DNA of 64,000 nt from a bacterium (GTDB lineage Bacteria; SZUA-182; DTGQ01; JAFGSM01), in the NCBI GenBank assembly GCA_049472335.1, contig JBLIRO010000010.1:15527-79526 (forward strand). Reading direction: 5' to 3'. The notes beneath the pieces are model-generated. The model searched no databases. It worked only from the letters and a program-made list of their open reading frames with translations, and was not told the origin of the DNA. A program made the position numbers and the translations under genes. Position 1 is the stretch's first letter. Each line of letters opens with the position of its first letter. Shown piece by piece: positions 40,575 to 50,303 of this stretch.

Positions 40575-41231
40575 ATGAAAGGTTCCAAGAAATACAGGAC
40601 AAATAAATGGATTGATATTTCAGTCCCTCTGAAAAGCGGAATGGTCCATTGGCCGGATGATCCTCCCGTAAAAATTGAAAGATTGTTCGATCTTGATCAG
40701 GGTGACATAAGCAGTGTTTCAATGATTTCCATGTGTTCGCATACAGGCACACATATGGATGCACCGATTCATTTAATTAAAAATGGGAAAGGTTTGGACG
40801 AGATGCCTTTTGATGTTACAGTCGGAGTTGCCCGTGTGATCGAGATATATGATGAGGAATCCATTAGAGCCGAGGAACTGGTTCACCATCAAATCCGCCA
40901 GGGGGAAAGGCTGCTTTTTAAAACCAGGAATTCAATCAAATGCTGGAACACCAGCCAGTTTGTTGAAGATTTCGTATATATATCACGGGATGCTGCGGAA
41001 TTTCTGGTTGATCGAAAGATCAGGGTCGCGGGAATAGATTATCTTTCGGTTGATGGAGTTGGAGAACAAGGATTCAAGACGCACATTACATTACTTAAAG
41101 CCGGGATTTGGATCATAGAGGGGCTTGATTTATCAGGAGTAGAACATGGAAGATATCAGCTCATTTGCCTGCCTCTTAATATAACAAGAGCTGACGGCGC
41201 GCCCGCAAGGGCTATTATAAAAAGATTATAG
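40575..41231 (+). CDS. Cyclase / kynurenine formamidase family metallohydrolase
   Basis: IDISVPL, WPDDP, HTGTHMDAP, GIDYLS, IIEGL, DGAPARA. Confidence 0.92.
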   Translation: MKGSKKYRTNKWIDISVPLKSGMVHWPDDPPVKIERLFDLDQGDISSVSMISMCSHTGTHMDAPIHLIKNGKGLDEMPFDVTVGVARVIEIYDEESIRAEELVHHQIRQGERLLFKTRNSIKCWNTSQFVEDFVYISRDAAEFLVDRKIRVAGIDYLSVDGVGEQGFKTHITLLKAGIWIIEGLDLSGVEHGRYQLICLPLNITRADGAPARAIIKRL

Positions 41232-41246
41232 AAGAAGAAAAGAGAC

Positions 41247-41297
41247 AAGAAGAAGGCATCTCATCTTTATCAGTAAAAGTGAGTTGCCTTCTTCTTT
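41247..41297. terminator. Bidirectional terminator between convergent genes
   Basis: AAGAAGAAGGCATCTCA...TGAGTTGCCTTCTTCTTT. Confidence 0.7.
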
Positions 41298-41362
41298 ATG
41301 TAAAAATTTAAAATTTAGTATATATAAAGCTCAAAAAAACAACCGGATAATCGATGAATGAT

Positions 41363-42169
41363 TTATTCTACCGTAATCTCCACTTCGAAAGTATCTTGAA
41401 TAGTGGTCTCCCAAGAACGTCTATAGTACATGATAATTTTAGTGGTGCCTTCGTCTTCCGCCTCAAATATCCACTGTTCAGATCCTCCGGCTCCGACCAT
41501 TGTAGTATATCCCTGGAAATACTGGCTGCTTGTCTTTGAAACTATGTCCGTATCGGGTTCATCGGCGTCAAGCATCCACATATAACCGGTGGTCGAATTT
41601 GATGCCAGGATAATGCTTATGGAGTCTCCCTTATCAACAGTAAAATCATCATTATCGTCGGTCGAATCCAACATTAAATCCGCCTGCTGGTAGTTTGGTT
41701 GTTGATAATAGTAAGGATATTGCTGATAGTACGGGTATTGTTGGTAAGGATACTGCTGATAGGGATATGGCTGCTGCTGATAGGGATATGGCTGCTGGTA
41801 GTAGGGATATTGCTGAGGATATGGCTGCTGGTAGTAGGGATATTGCTGAGGATATGGCTGCTGGTAGTAAGGATATGGCTGATATCCGCCGTAAGGGTAG
41901 CCGCCGCCATACGGATAACCGCCGCCTGGATAATAACCACCGCCATAGGGGTATCCGCCGCCTGGATAATAACCGCCGCCATAGGGGTATCCGCCGCCTG
42001 GGTAGTAACCGCCACCAATATAAGGATTACCGACACCTGGGTAGTAACCTCCGCCGATAGGGGGTCCATAAGGATATTGTGCGTGAGAGTTAACCACAAA
42101 GAGCGATAAAGACAGGAATACGATCAGTAAACTGAAAAAGAATAAATGGCCTTTTTTTGGGGAAAGCAT
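41363..42169 (-). CDS. Secreted Tyr/Pro/Gly/Gln-repeat protein with a C-terminal chagasin (inhibitor I42) domain
   Basis: GGAGGTG RBS; signal ending SHA|Q; YPYGGGYYPGGG and YPYYQQPYPQQ repeats; ASNSTTGYMW, VGAGG and YRRSWE chagasin motifs. Confidence 0.85.
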   Translation of the reverse strand: MLSPKKGHLFFFSLLIVFLSLSLFVVNSHAQYPYGPPIGGGYYPGVGNPYIGGGYYPGGGYPYGGGYYPGGGYPYGGGYYPGGGYPYGGGYPYGGYQPYPYYQQPYPQQYPYYQQPYPQQYPYYQQPYPYQQQPYPYQQYPYQQYPYYQQYPYYYQQPNYQQADLMLDSTDDNDDFTVDKGDSISIILASNSTTGYMWMLDADEPDTDIVSKTSSQYFQGYTTMVGAGGSEQWIFEAEDEGTTKIIMYYRRSWETTIQDTFEVEITVE

Positions 42170-42818
42170 CGCTATTCACCTCCCGAAAATGATTGTTTAT
42201 AAAACCTGCTTTTAGTCTAAAACCAAAATATATTTAAACTAAGCCTTTAACACTTAGGTTTTCTTCATTATGCCAGATTTATTTAACATCCCTCTAAATT
42301 TCAGCCGGCCAAGATAAAGAATTACATTAAATATTATAACATAAATGACAAATTTTATGCCAATATAGACGATAAAATTCGTTTAAAATTATGTATACAG
42401 AGGATTCCCATACTGAAAAATATTCAGATGGGGTTATTTGTCTATAAAGAGGATTCAAAACAAAATAAAATTATAATATCAAGGTAAATAAGGTTTGACC
42501 CGGGGCTGATTACTATTTAAAATATAAATATATTATAGGAATTTTGGTCACTTTAATTTAAGGGGTAATACAGGGAGAAAATCGATGGTTTTATATATTT
42601 TTTCCTGTAAAAGTTGTATTTATAATATGCCTCGAATAATTCGTAACTTTTTGAAAAATGGATTAGTCTTATATATTATAATTAATCATATCAAAGATAA
42701 GGAAATTAGTAAGATTCAGGATCTGTCACGAGGAGGTGAATGCATGGAGAGTAAAAGTGTGTATGATTAATTAATCTTTAACAACTTTTGTATTTATCGA
42801 AATAAAAGGGAGGTTTTT

Positions 42819-43913
42819 TTGATGAAAAAAGATCGGATTGCAATGTTTATAATAATCATCTTTTTTGGTTTATCAGTTTTCACTTCCCTTCTTTCTTTTC
42901 CATTAATGGAAGTGTCAGCACAGACTTTCAATTGTATTATCAGAAGAGACGTGGAAATCCCCTATCAGTTTCAGTATTTTAGTACAAGAATCCTCGCAAA
43001 CGCAAAATTTGAGATAAAGTTAACCATCCGCGACAATTCTAATAAAAAAGTATATGTTAGGTTGATACCGGGGGCCCCTGATCCCAATGATCCTGCAGTT
43101 AGTGTCGATGACGAAACTCTGACCTATCTGCTCGGGTCAGGAATATACATCTCAACAAAAACAGATTATGAGAGAATAGGTTCGAGTGAAGACGATTATG
43201 AGATCCCGGGTTTCAGTGAGCTGTTTTTTCAGGCTGCAATATTGGATGATGATTGGATATACGATTTTGATGGAGGAGATGCCAAAATAATCGGTATCAC
43301 TATATCATCTGATCAGATGCGTATAAAATATCTTGAATTTTGGGATAATGAATTCCGTGATGCCAATATGCACGAGGACTCACAGGATTTTGAGGACTTC
43401 TCCAATCTCGCTGATGCCGAATGGGAAAACCTTACACCCAATACAGGTGAACCAACCATAATAAATAATGAGGATGTGCTTTATTTAACTCCATCTATAC
43501 CGCCGGGTTATCCGCCAATATTTTCCCCTCTTCCCTATTACAGCTATCCTTCTTATTACGGTTCTCTTTATCCAAGCTATTCCAGCAGCCCGGTTAATGT
43601 ATATAATTATTATTATGGAAATTATCCCGGGGCATACTATAGCAGCTATCCAAGCGGACCTTTTGCTTCATTCCGGGGTAATTTGCCCAGCACCTTCTAT
43701 CAAGGGTATTCGACCCTCTATCCGGGTTCATATACAGGCAGCTTCCGTAATTTGTTTTCAGGCACCTATCCCGCAACTTATGGTTATGGCCTATACTCAT
43801 TTACTGATCCAGCCGGAGGCTTTGGTGGATTCAATTATGGTTTTCCTGGTTTTGTGTCATCCAGAAATATTTATGGTTTTGGATATTCGCCCTATGGAGG
43901 ATTTATATATTAA
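42819..43913 (+). CDS. Secreted hypothetical protein with an acidic globular domain and a Tyr/Gly/Ser/Pro-rich tail
   Basis: GGGAGG RBS; signal ending VSA|Q; the last ~140 aa are low complexity. Confidence 0.82.
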   Translation: MMKKDRIAMFIIIIFFGLSVFTSLLSFPLMEVSAQTFNCIIRRDVEIPYQFQYFSTRILANAKFEIKLTIRDNSNKKVYVRLIPGAPDPNDPAVSVDDETLTYLLGSGIYISTKTDYERIGSSEDDYEIPGFSELFFQAAILDDDWIYDFDGGDAKIIGITISSDQMRIKYLEFWDNEFRDANMHEDSQDFEDFSNLADAEWENLTPNTGEPTIINNEDVLYLTPSIPPGYPPIFSPLPYYSYPSYYGSLYPSYSSSPVNVYNYYYGNYPGAYYSSYPSGPFASFRGNLPSTFYQGYSTLYPGSYTGSFRNLFSGTYPATYGYGLYSFTDPAGGFGGFNYGFPGFVSSRNIYGFGYSPYGGFIY

Positions 43914-44033
43914 ATTCTGTAGATTTACATTTCACGGCTTTGCATTATGCGATTCGGGTTTATTTAAACGATCGGATGTTAAAGGATCTTGCAATGATTT
44001 TTGTAATTCTTCTATGATATCCGGATAATAATT

Positions 44034-44072
44034 TACAGGGGGCAAACCTCGAAGGGGTTTGTCCCCTATTGT
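44034..44072 (+). terminator. Hairpin terminator
   Basis: AGGGGGCAAACCTC-gaa-GGGGTTTGTCCCCT downstream of 43913. Confidence 0.6.
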
Positions 44073-44228
44073 ATTTAGGGCCTTTCTAAATTCATTCCAT
44101 AACTTCTATGGTCTTTTCTCCATAATTTTTATGATATCAATACTTAAATTCATCAATATTGAATTGTAAAAGATGACAATAATATTGTTTTTTTTAAATA
44201 ATTAAAAAAACATTCCTAAACTGCTTTA

Positions 44229-44245
44229 TTGGAATACCATTTGCT
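44229..44245 (+). promoter_or_regulatory. Possible sigma54 promoter
   Basis: TTGGAATACCATTTGCT: GG-N10-GC with a TTGCT -12 box. Confidence 0.4.
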
Positions 44246-45045
44246 TATTAATAAAAACGTATATGGATTTTCATTTTTTTCGAGTGAATTTCCAGGTAGT
44301 TTTTATAAGTAAAAACACTATAGGGCCTTTGTATTTATCAACTTTAGCCACCTATAATTTTAAATACTTTAGGTTCTTAACTTGTCATAAGATTCTTTCT
44401 ATATGGCCGAGTGATGTTTATTAAGATATATTGGTTTAAAATACATAATCAAAAATTGTTGTATCATAGGACAATCCTGGTCCTTGTATGCATATTGATC
44501 ACCCTTCAATATCTCCATGCAGGGCACTATACACAGTGCGATTGCATATTTCCAGATGAGATTTTAGATCTTCCCTGCTCTGTTTCACCCCTCTGGGCGG
44601 ATAAGGAGATGGATATTTGTTTTGAACACATAGAGATGGAGTATTTTAATATTACTTATAGGATACAATTACCTTCCATATACTTTTGTAATAAAGGTAT
44701 GGCAAAAAATCATTTTTGGCTTCAATGGCTTACTGTACAATGTTTTAAAAAAAGATTCTTTCAATTAAAGCACTTTAATTCCTGAAATTTCATGACTCCT
44801 TTTTTTAATTTCTATTAAATTAATTATAGTTTTTTCCTTTTTTGTCATTTGAATGGGTTAAGCAAGAGAGATTAATTATTTAAAATGTGCATGCGGGCCA
44901 TGAAAAATAATTTTATAGAATTGACTGTAAAAACAATAAAGATACAAAATGTCTTGGATTTTAAGTAAATTCTTCAATCTCACTTCAGGGCAGAACAAAA
45001 AGACAAATTATCAGTATATTTAAAGAAAATTTACGGAGGTTAGAG

Positions 45046-45987
45046 ATGAGAAGTTTAATGGGTGGTAAAATATCTAAAATTTTCAATATTGAGTTTGTAG
45101 CCGTAGTAATCATAATATTTTTACTGATTTTATTATTTGCCATTGCATTGGTTCCAGCTGTCAATGCTTATTACGGACTTTCGGGAATAGGCTATTATGG
45201 TGGAGGGATATATGGAGGACTTGGATTGTATGGACTCGGAGGGCTTTACAGCATGGGGTTATATGGTCTGGGTGGACTCTATGGAGGACTTGGCGGGTTA
45301 TATGGCCTGGGTGGATTATATGGATTTTATGGATTGGGAGGCCTCTACGGATTATATGGCCTTGGCGGAATCGGAGGATTATATGGCTTTTCGGGTCTTT
45401 ACGGATTGGGTGGACTTTACGGCCTTGGGAGTGCCTATGGCCTTACTGGAATGTACGGAGGATTAACTGGTTTTGGGGGGATCTTAAGCAGTATGAGCCT
45501 GTTGTCTAATCTGGGTCTTCTCAATCCCGTCACTCAGAATTTGACTCAGACAGCTCCTGTTGTAACCGCGGAGCAAGCGGGCATTTGGACAGGGGCCTGG
45601 TTCAGTCTGATTCAATTAAAGGGAGGGATTATGAATCTGAGCTTGGTCGAAGATCCATTGACCGGAGTTTTAAGTGGTGAAGTAAATCTGATATTAAACA
45701 AGATTACAAGCTCCATACCTGCAAATGTTACTGGTTTCATACCAATTGGTGTTGTTGTCGGAGCAGGAACGACATTTGTATTAACCGGCAGTAATCAGGG
45801 TATCTTGGGCACTTCATTAACCACATTATTGTTATTACCAATTAAGATACCTATTTATAATATAGAGCTCTCATGCAGAATGACCAGTCCGGTTACTATG
45901 ACCGGAACTTATCAGATCCTGGATTTGAATAAACTGGAGTTAGATTACGGAAATTTTAACCTTACCTTAACTACGCCTGTAATTTAG
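45046..45987 (+). CDS. Secreted Gly/Leu/Tyr (YGLGGL) repeat protein with a C-terminal beta domain
   Basis: GGAGG RBS; signal ending VNA|Y; ~100 aa of YGLGGL-type repeats; AEQAGIWTGAW domain; followed by a terminator. Confidence 0.85.
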   Translation: MRSLMGGKISKIFNIEFVAVVIIIFLLILLFAIALVPAVNAYYGLSGIGYYGGGIYGGLGLYGLGGLYSMGLYGLGGLYGGLGGLYGLGGLYGFYGLGGLYGLYGLGGIGGLYGFSGLYGLGGLYGLGSAYGLTGMYGGLTGFGGILSSMSLLSNLGLLNPVTQNLTQTAPVVTAEQAGIWTGAWFSLIQLKGGIMNLSLVEDPLTGVLSGEVNLILNKITSSIPANVTGFIPIGVVVGAGTTFVLTGSNQGILGTSLTTLLLLPIKIPIYNIELSCRMTSPVTMTGTYQILDLNKLELDYGNFNLTLTTPVI

Positions 45988-46002
45988 ACAGATTTCCTTC
46001 CA

Positions 46003-46045
46003 TAAAGATGGGCTGCCTGAAAAATCTTACTGCAGCCCATCTTTA
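46003..46045 (+). terminator. Hairpin terminator
   Basis: 14-bp stem TAAAGATGGGCTGC / GCAGCCCATCTTTA right after 45987. Confidence 0.75.
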
Positions 46046-46307
46046 AACACTCATCCTCATAAAAGGACAAAAGGATTTTTACGTATCCATCAATATCAGG
46101 TATACGTTTTATTGTGATAAAACAAAATTAGAGACGCCAGCTTTACCGGTGTATAATTTCCTCAACTTATTGACCAGTTACATGATATAATAAGTAAGGA
46201 TTATGAGTATCTGTGAAATTGCATAAAATGGATTGAAGGTTTTAAAACTATATGTATTTTTTATTATTTTCTTTTACATTCGTTTGGTTCGTATGGAAAC
46301 ATAAAAG

Positions 46308-48281
46308 ATGATCCACATTCAGCATATAAAAAAGCAATTTGGTCCCAAAATCATTTTTGATGATGCCTCGGCCCAGGTACCGCCTAAGGCCCGTGTAGGT
46401 CTGGTGGGGCCAAATGGCTCTGGAAAAACAACACTGCTTCGTATATTGATTGGCGAGGAAGAAACAGACGGCGGTAATATAATAATCAGAAAAGGAGCAA
46501 GGATTGGCTATCTCAAGCAGGAGGTTTGGGACAATCCCGACAGGAGTATTCTGGCTGAGATCCTTGCCGGCTTTCCGGAGCTTCAAATGATGGAGCAGGA
46601 GCTTATAGGCATGGAGGGGCAAATGATCGATAATCATTCTCAGGAATTACTCGAAAGATACGGTAAATTACGTCAGTTTTTCGAGGTGAAGGGAGGATAT
46701 AAGATTGAACATCAGGCCAAATCCATTCTTAGCGGCATGGGATTTCACCCCGATCAATTTGTAAAACCTTTGCATGAGTTTTCAGGTGGGTGGATGATGC
46801 GTGTGGCTCTGGCAAAACTACTTCTATCAAAACCGGAAGTGCTTTTATTGGACGAACCTACAAATCATCTCGACCTTGAGACTGTGGTGTGGCTCGAAGG
46901 TTTTTTGCTCGAATATCCGGGCACCATAGTTCTGACCAGCCACGATCAGGTCTTCATGCAAAGGATTGCGGATCGAATCCTGGAAATAAGCCAACGGAGT
47001 TTGTATACATTTATCGGAAGTTTTGAAGATTATGTTGAACAGAAGGCGTTGCGGCAGGAACAACTGGAAGCCCAATATAAGAACCAGCAAAAGAAAATCG
47101 AGCAAAATGAGCGTTTTATTGAGCGTTTTCGTTATAAAGCAACGAAGGCAAGGCAGGTACAAAGCCGCATAAAGATGATTCAAAAGATAGAGCGAATCGA
47201 CTTCATTAAAGATGTGCCGCGTGTTATGAAAGCGCGCCTGCCCCAACCGCCAAGGTCCGGTCTCCAGGTGGCGCAAGTATGTAATGTGACAAAAAGATAT
47301 GGTGAAAAGACGGTATATGAGAACCTGAATTTTGAACTTCAGCGGGGTGAAAAAGTTGTACTTGTGGGGCATAATGGAGCAGGCAAGTCAACTTTATTGA
47401 AAATTATTGCAGGTCAGGTTGATATCCAGGCAGGTTCGGTTTTTTACGGCCATAACGTAACGCTGGATTACTACGCGCAACATCAACTTGAAACCCTTAA
47501 TCCTTCATTCAGTATTTTAGAGGAAATAACGAATGTTACGCCTGATTACACTCAAGAAAGTCGGCGAACCCTCCTTGGGGCCTTTCTTTTTTCAGGTGAT
47601 GATGTTTTCAAACAAATCTGCGTTCTTTCAGGTGGTGAAAAAGCACGGCTGGCGCTGGCCAAAATGTTGGCCCATCCCGCTAATCTTCTTGTAATGGATG
47701 AACCCACCAATCATCTGGATATTTTATCACGACAGGTCCTTGAAGATGCGCTTGCCGATTATGAAGGAACACTGATATTTATATCTCATGACCGGGCTTT
47801 TATAAATTCCATAACTAATCGTGTTGTAGAGGTTAAAGATGGAATACTAACGAGTTATTTAGGAAATTACGACGATTATATATGGAAAAAAGATCAGGAG
47901 ACAGAGAATGATTCGATTAGTCAGCCTTTGTCTATTAATGCATCCGATATCTCCTGCTCCAAACAAATGGAAAGAATTCTCAATAAGAAAGAGGATAGAA
48001 GGTTACGTGCGGAAAGGATTCAGGAAAAATCCAGGCAGTTGAAACCATTAAAGAAGAATCTGGCCGGTCTGGAGTCAGAGATTGAAGATCTGGAAAAAGA
48101 AAAAGAACAGGTTTCCATTGAACTTTGTAATCCCTCCATATTTACTGATAGGGAGCTTTATCCTCAAAAACTAAAAAGGCATAGTGAATTGGAGGCAAGG
48201 TTACATGAATGCTATGATGAATGGGCCAAAATTGCCCAAAAAATCGAGGAGATTGAATTAGTATTTTCTGATTCGGATTAG
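46308..48281 (+). CDS. ABC-F family ATPase (YheS/Uup-like)
   Basis: Two ABC domains ([43 protein letters not shown]); no TM; C-terminal coiled coil. Confidence 0.95.
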   Translation: MIHIQHIKKQFGPKIIFDDASAQVPPKARVGLVGPNGSGKTTLLRILIGEEETDGGNIIIRKGARIGYLKQEVWDNPDRSILAEILAGFPELQMMEQELIGMEGQMIDNHSQELLERYGKLRQFFEVKGGYKIEHQAKSILSGMGFHPDQFVKPLHEFSGGWMMRVALAKLLLSKPEVLLLDEPTNHLDLETVVWLEGFLLEYPGTIVLTSHDQVFMQRIADRILEISQRSLYTFIGSFEDYVEQKALRQEQLEAQYKNQQKKIEQNERFIERFRYKATKARQVQSRIKMIQKIERIDFIKDVPRVMKARLPQPPRSGLQVAQVCNVTKRYGEKTVYENLNFELQRGEKVVLVGHNGAGKSTLLKIIAGQVDIQAGSVFYGHNVTLDYYAQHQLETLNPSFSILEEITNVTPDYTQESRRTLLGAFLFSGDDVFKQICVLSGGEKARLALAKMLAHPANLLVMDEPTNHLDILSRQVLEDALADYEGTLIFISHDRAFINSITNRVVEVKDGILTSYLGNYDDYIWKKDQETENDSISQPLSINASDISCSKQMERILNKKEDRRLRAERIQEKSRQLKPLKKNLAGLESEIEDLEKEKEQVSIELCNPSIFTDRELYPQKLKRHSELEARLHECYDEWAKIAQKIEEIELVFSDSD

Positions 48282-48372
48282 GTATGCTCTTTTCAAAGCG
48301 GATTTCCTAAAGTTTGCTTTTTTTAAACAGGATATTCTGGTTTTATATCCCGTATCTTGTTGCGGGTCGGTT

Positions 48373-49617
48373 TCATTGAGGATTAACAGAAAGAAGAATC
48401 ATGCCCCCTCCGAAAAAGAAGATGATCAAGGCAATTATTCCATATCTGCTTGAACCGGTTAGCTGTCCAATCAAGCCAAATAGAGAAGGTCCCACAATCC
48501 CTGAAAATTTGGCGGTCACATCATAAAATGAAAAGAATTTTGCAGCATCCTTTTTAGGTATCATTCTGGCAAAAAAGGATCTGCTCAAGGCCTGTGTTCC
48601 TCCCTGAACCATTCCCACCATAATAGCCAGGATCAAAAAATCTAATGAAGAATTAATAAAATAGCCAAATATTACTATCATAGTATATACGATCAATCCA
48701 ATTAGGATGCAACTTTTTGTTTTTATGAACTTAGTAAGCTTTCCAAAGAGAATGGTAAAGGGGATTCCAATAAACTGTACCAATAGGATAGAGCCGATAA
48801 GATGGTTCCGGCCGATCCCTATTTCAGAACCAAAAATGGCCGCCATGATAATAATTGTACCGATACCATCGTTATATAACCAAAAGGCCAGAAGAAACTT
48901 ACAGGGTTCTTTAAAATCGGAAATCTGTTGAAAGGTGTTCATTAGATTATTAAAACTTTTCTTAATAATTATGGAGGCCTTTTGTGATAAAGAATTTCCG
49001 GGTTCTGATACATTTATGAATATCGGGAGAGAAAATAAGGCCCACCATATAGCTACTGATATGAAAGAAAGGCGCATTGCCCATATATGATCAGGTATAT
49101 AAAAGAGCTTTGGCTTTAATATCATTAAAAGGTTTATGGTCAATAAAAGTCCTCCTCCAAGATAACCAAGTGCATAACCTAAGGAAGAAACCTGATCTAT
49201 TATCTTTTCATGGGCCACATAAGGAAGAAGGGAATCATAAAAGATATTTCCTCCACCGAATCCTATCCGTCCGAAGATAAAAAAGATTGAGGCCATAAGC
49301 CATTGACCTTCTTTAATAAAAAACAGCAAACATGTTGCCGTTATTCCGGTTGCGGCAAAAACGAAAAGAAATCGTTTTCTCTTTGATGTATAATCCCCTA
49401 TGGAACCTAAAAGTGGGGAAGACAAGGCGATCACTATCATTGCCAGGGTGTTTGTGTATCCCCAGTAACTGGTGGCCGTAGTTTTTGATAAGCCGTTGGC
49501 TGCTATCTCACTATAAAATATAGGAAGGACGGCGGCCAGGATAGTAGTGGCAAAGGCAGAGTTGGCCCAGTCATACATGCACCAACTCAGGATTTCTTTT
49601 TTGTTTTTTTTATCCAT
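48373..49617 (-). CDS. MFS transporter (UMF1/Atg22-like)
   Basis: SWCMYDWANSAF, FYDSLLP, YNDGIGT, GGTQALSRSFF; about 12 TM helices. Confidence 0.9.
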   Translation of the reverse strand: MDKKNKKEILSWCMYDWANSAFATTILAAVLPIFYSEIAANGLSKTTATSYWGYTNTLAMIVIALSSPLLGSIGDYTSKRKRFLFVFAATGITATCLLFFIKEGQWLMASIFFIFGRIGFGGGNIFYDSLLPYVAHEKIIDQVSSLGYALGYLGGGLLLTINLLMILKPKLFYIPDHIWAMRLSFISVAIWWALFSLPIFINVSEPGNSLSQKASIIIKKSFNNLMNTFQQISDFKEPCKFLLAFWLYNDGIGTIIIMAAIFGSEIGIGRNHLIGSILLVQFIGIPFTILFGKLTKFIKTKSCILIGLIVYTMIVIFGYFINSSLDFLILAIMVGMVQGGTQALSRSFFARMIPKKDAAKFFSFYDVTAKFSGIVGPSLFGLIGQLTGSSRYGIIALIIFFFGGGMILLSVNPQ

Positions 49618-49715
49618 AAAAACAAGAAATTTTTTTTTGTTGCCAGAGAATTTATATTAAAAAATATTAATTTTTATATTCAAAGATCTTTGACAGGTAA
49701 ATCCTTAAAGCAAGC

Positions 49716-49743
49716 TTGACAAATACTTAAAACATGTTATAAT
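49716..49743 (+). promoter_or_regulatory. Consensus sigma70 promoter for the giant protein gene
   Basis: TTGACA-N16-TATAAT with extended TG; about 560 nt upstream of ATG 50304. Confidence 0.65.
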
Positions 49744-50303
49744 TTTAGATATAATATTGTTATATTTATATCTTATTGTGGTTATATCATTTCCAAATTT
49801 AAAAGTCCATCTATGAATAAATTATAGCTATGTGATAAAACTTATTTCCTTTAACGATTCTTATTGTTTTTCCAAATCTGATCAGTAGAACATCAAATTT
49901 GTTAGTGCGCAAAATCTACAAAATGTGTTATATTTTTTAATAAAATATACTATTTATTGTAATATTTTTATAATAGAAAAATAAAATTATTACAAATATT
50001 GTTAAATAAATTCCAATGTTTTTTTCTTAATTCTACTACGCGCTCTTAAATAGTTGGTCCTCATTGGTTAAGAGGTAACTTTTATGTGGCATCTTTATTA
50101 TTTTTTTCTTATCACCCTAATCCTCATTCATATATATCGAAATCAAAAGACATTTTTTTACTTCTGGCCTATAAAAGAGGCCCTAAAAACAAGGAATAAT
50201 GAAAAGAGGTAATGTCAACAAATAAACCCTTATAATTATATTTTGCAGGTACGAAAAAACATCGTTTTGATTTTTATTATAAAACCAATAAGGGAGAAAA
50301 ATC

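Noticed and set aside
41674..42109. Repetitive ORFs 41674 (-), 41695 (+) and 41699 (+)
   Set aside because: Alternative or antisense frames of the Y/P/Q repeat gene
42346..42363. sigma54-like TTGGCATAAAATTTGT on the minus strand
   Set aside because: The -12 position reads GT rather than the conserved GC
44034..44072. GGCAAACC as the start of a c-di-GMP-I riboswitch
   Set aside because: It forms a simple hairpin after a gene's 3' end and lacks the second GCAAAG stem
44411..44785. 124-aa ORF
   Set aside because: GTG start without a clear RBS and no recognisable motif in AT-rich DNA; it cannot be supported, though it is not excluded
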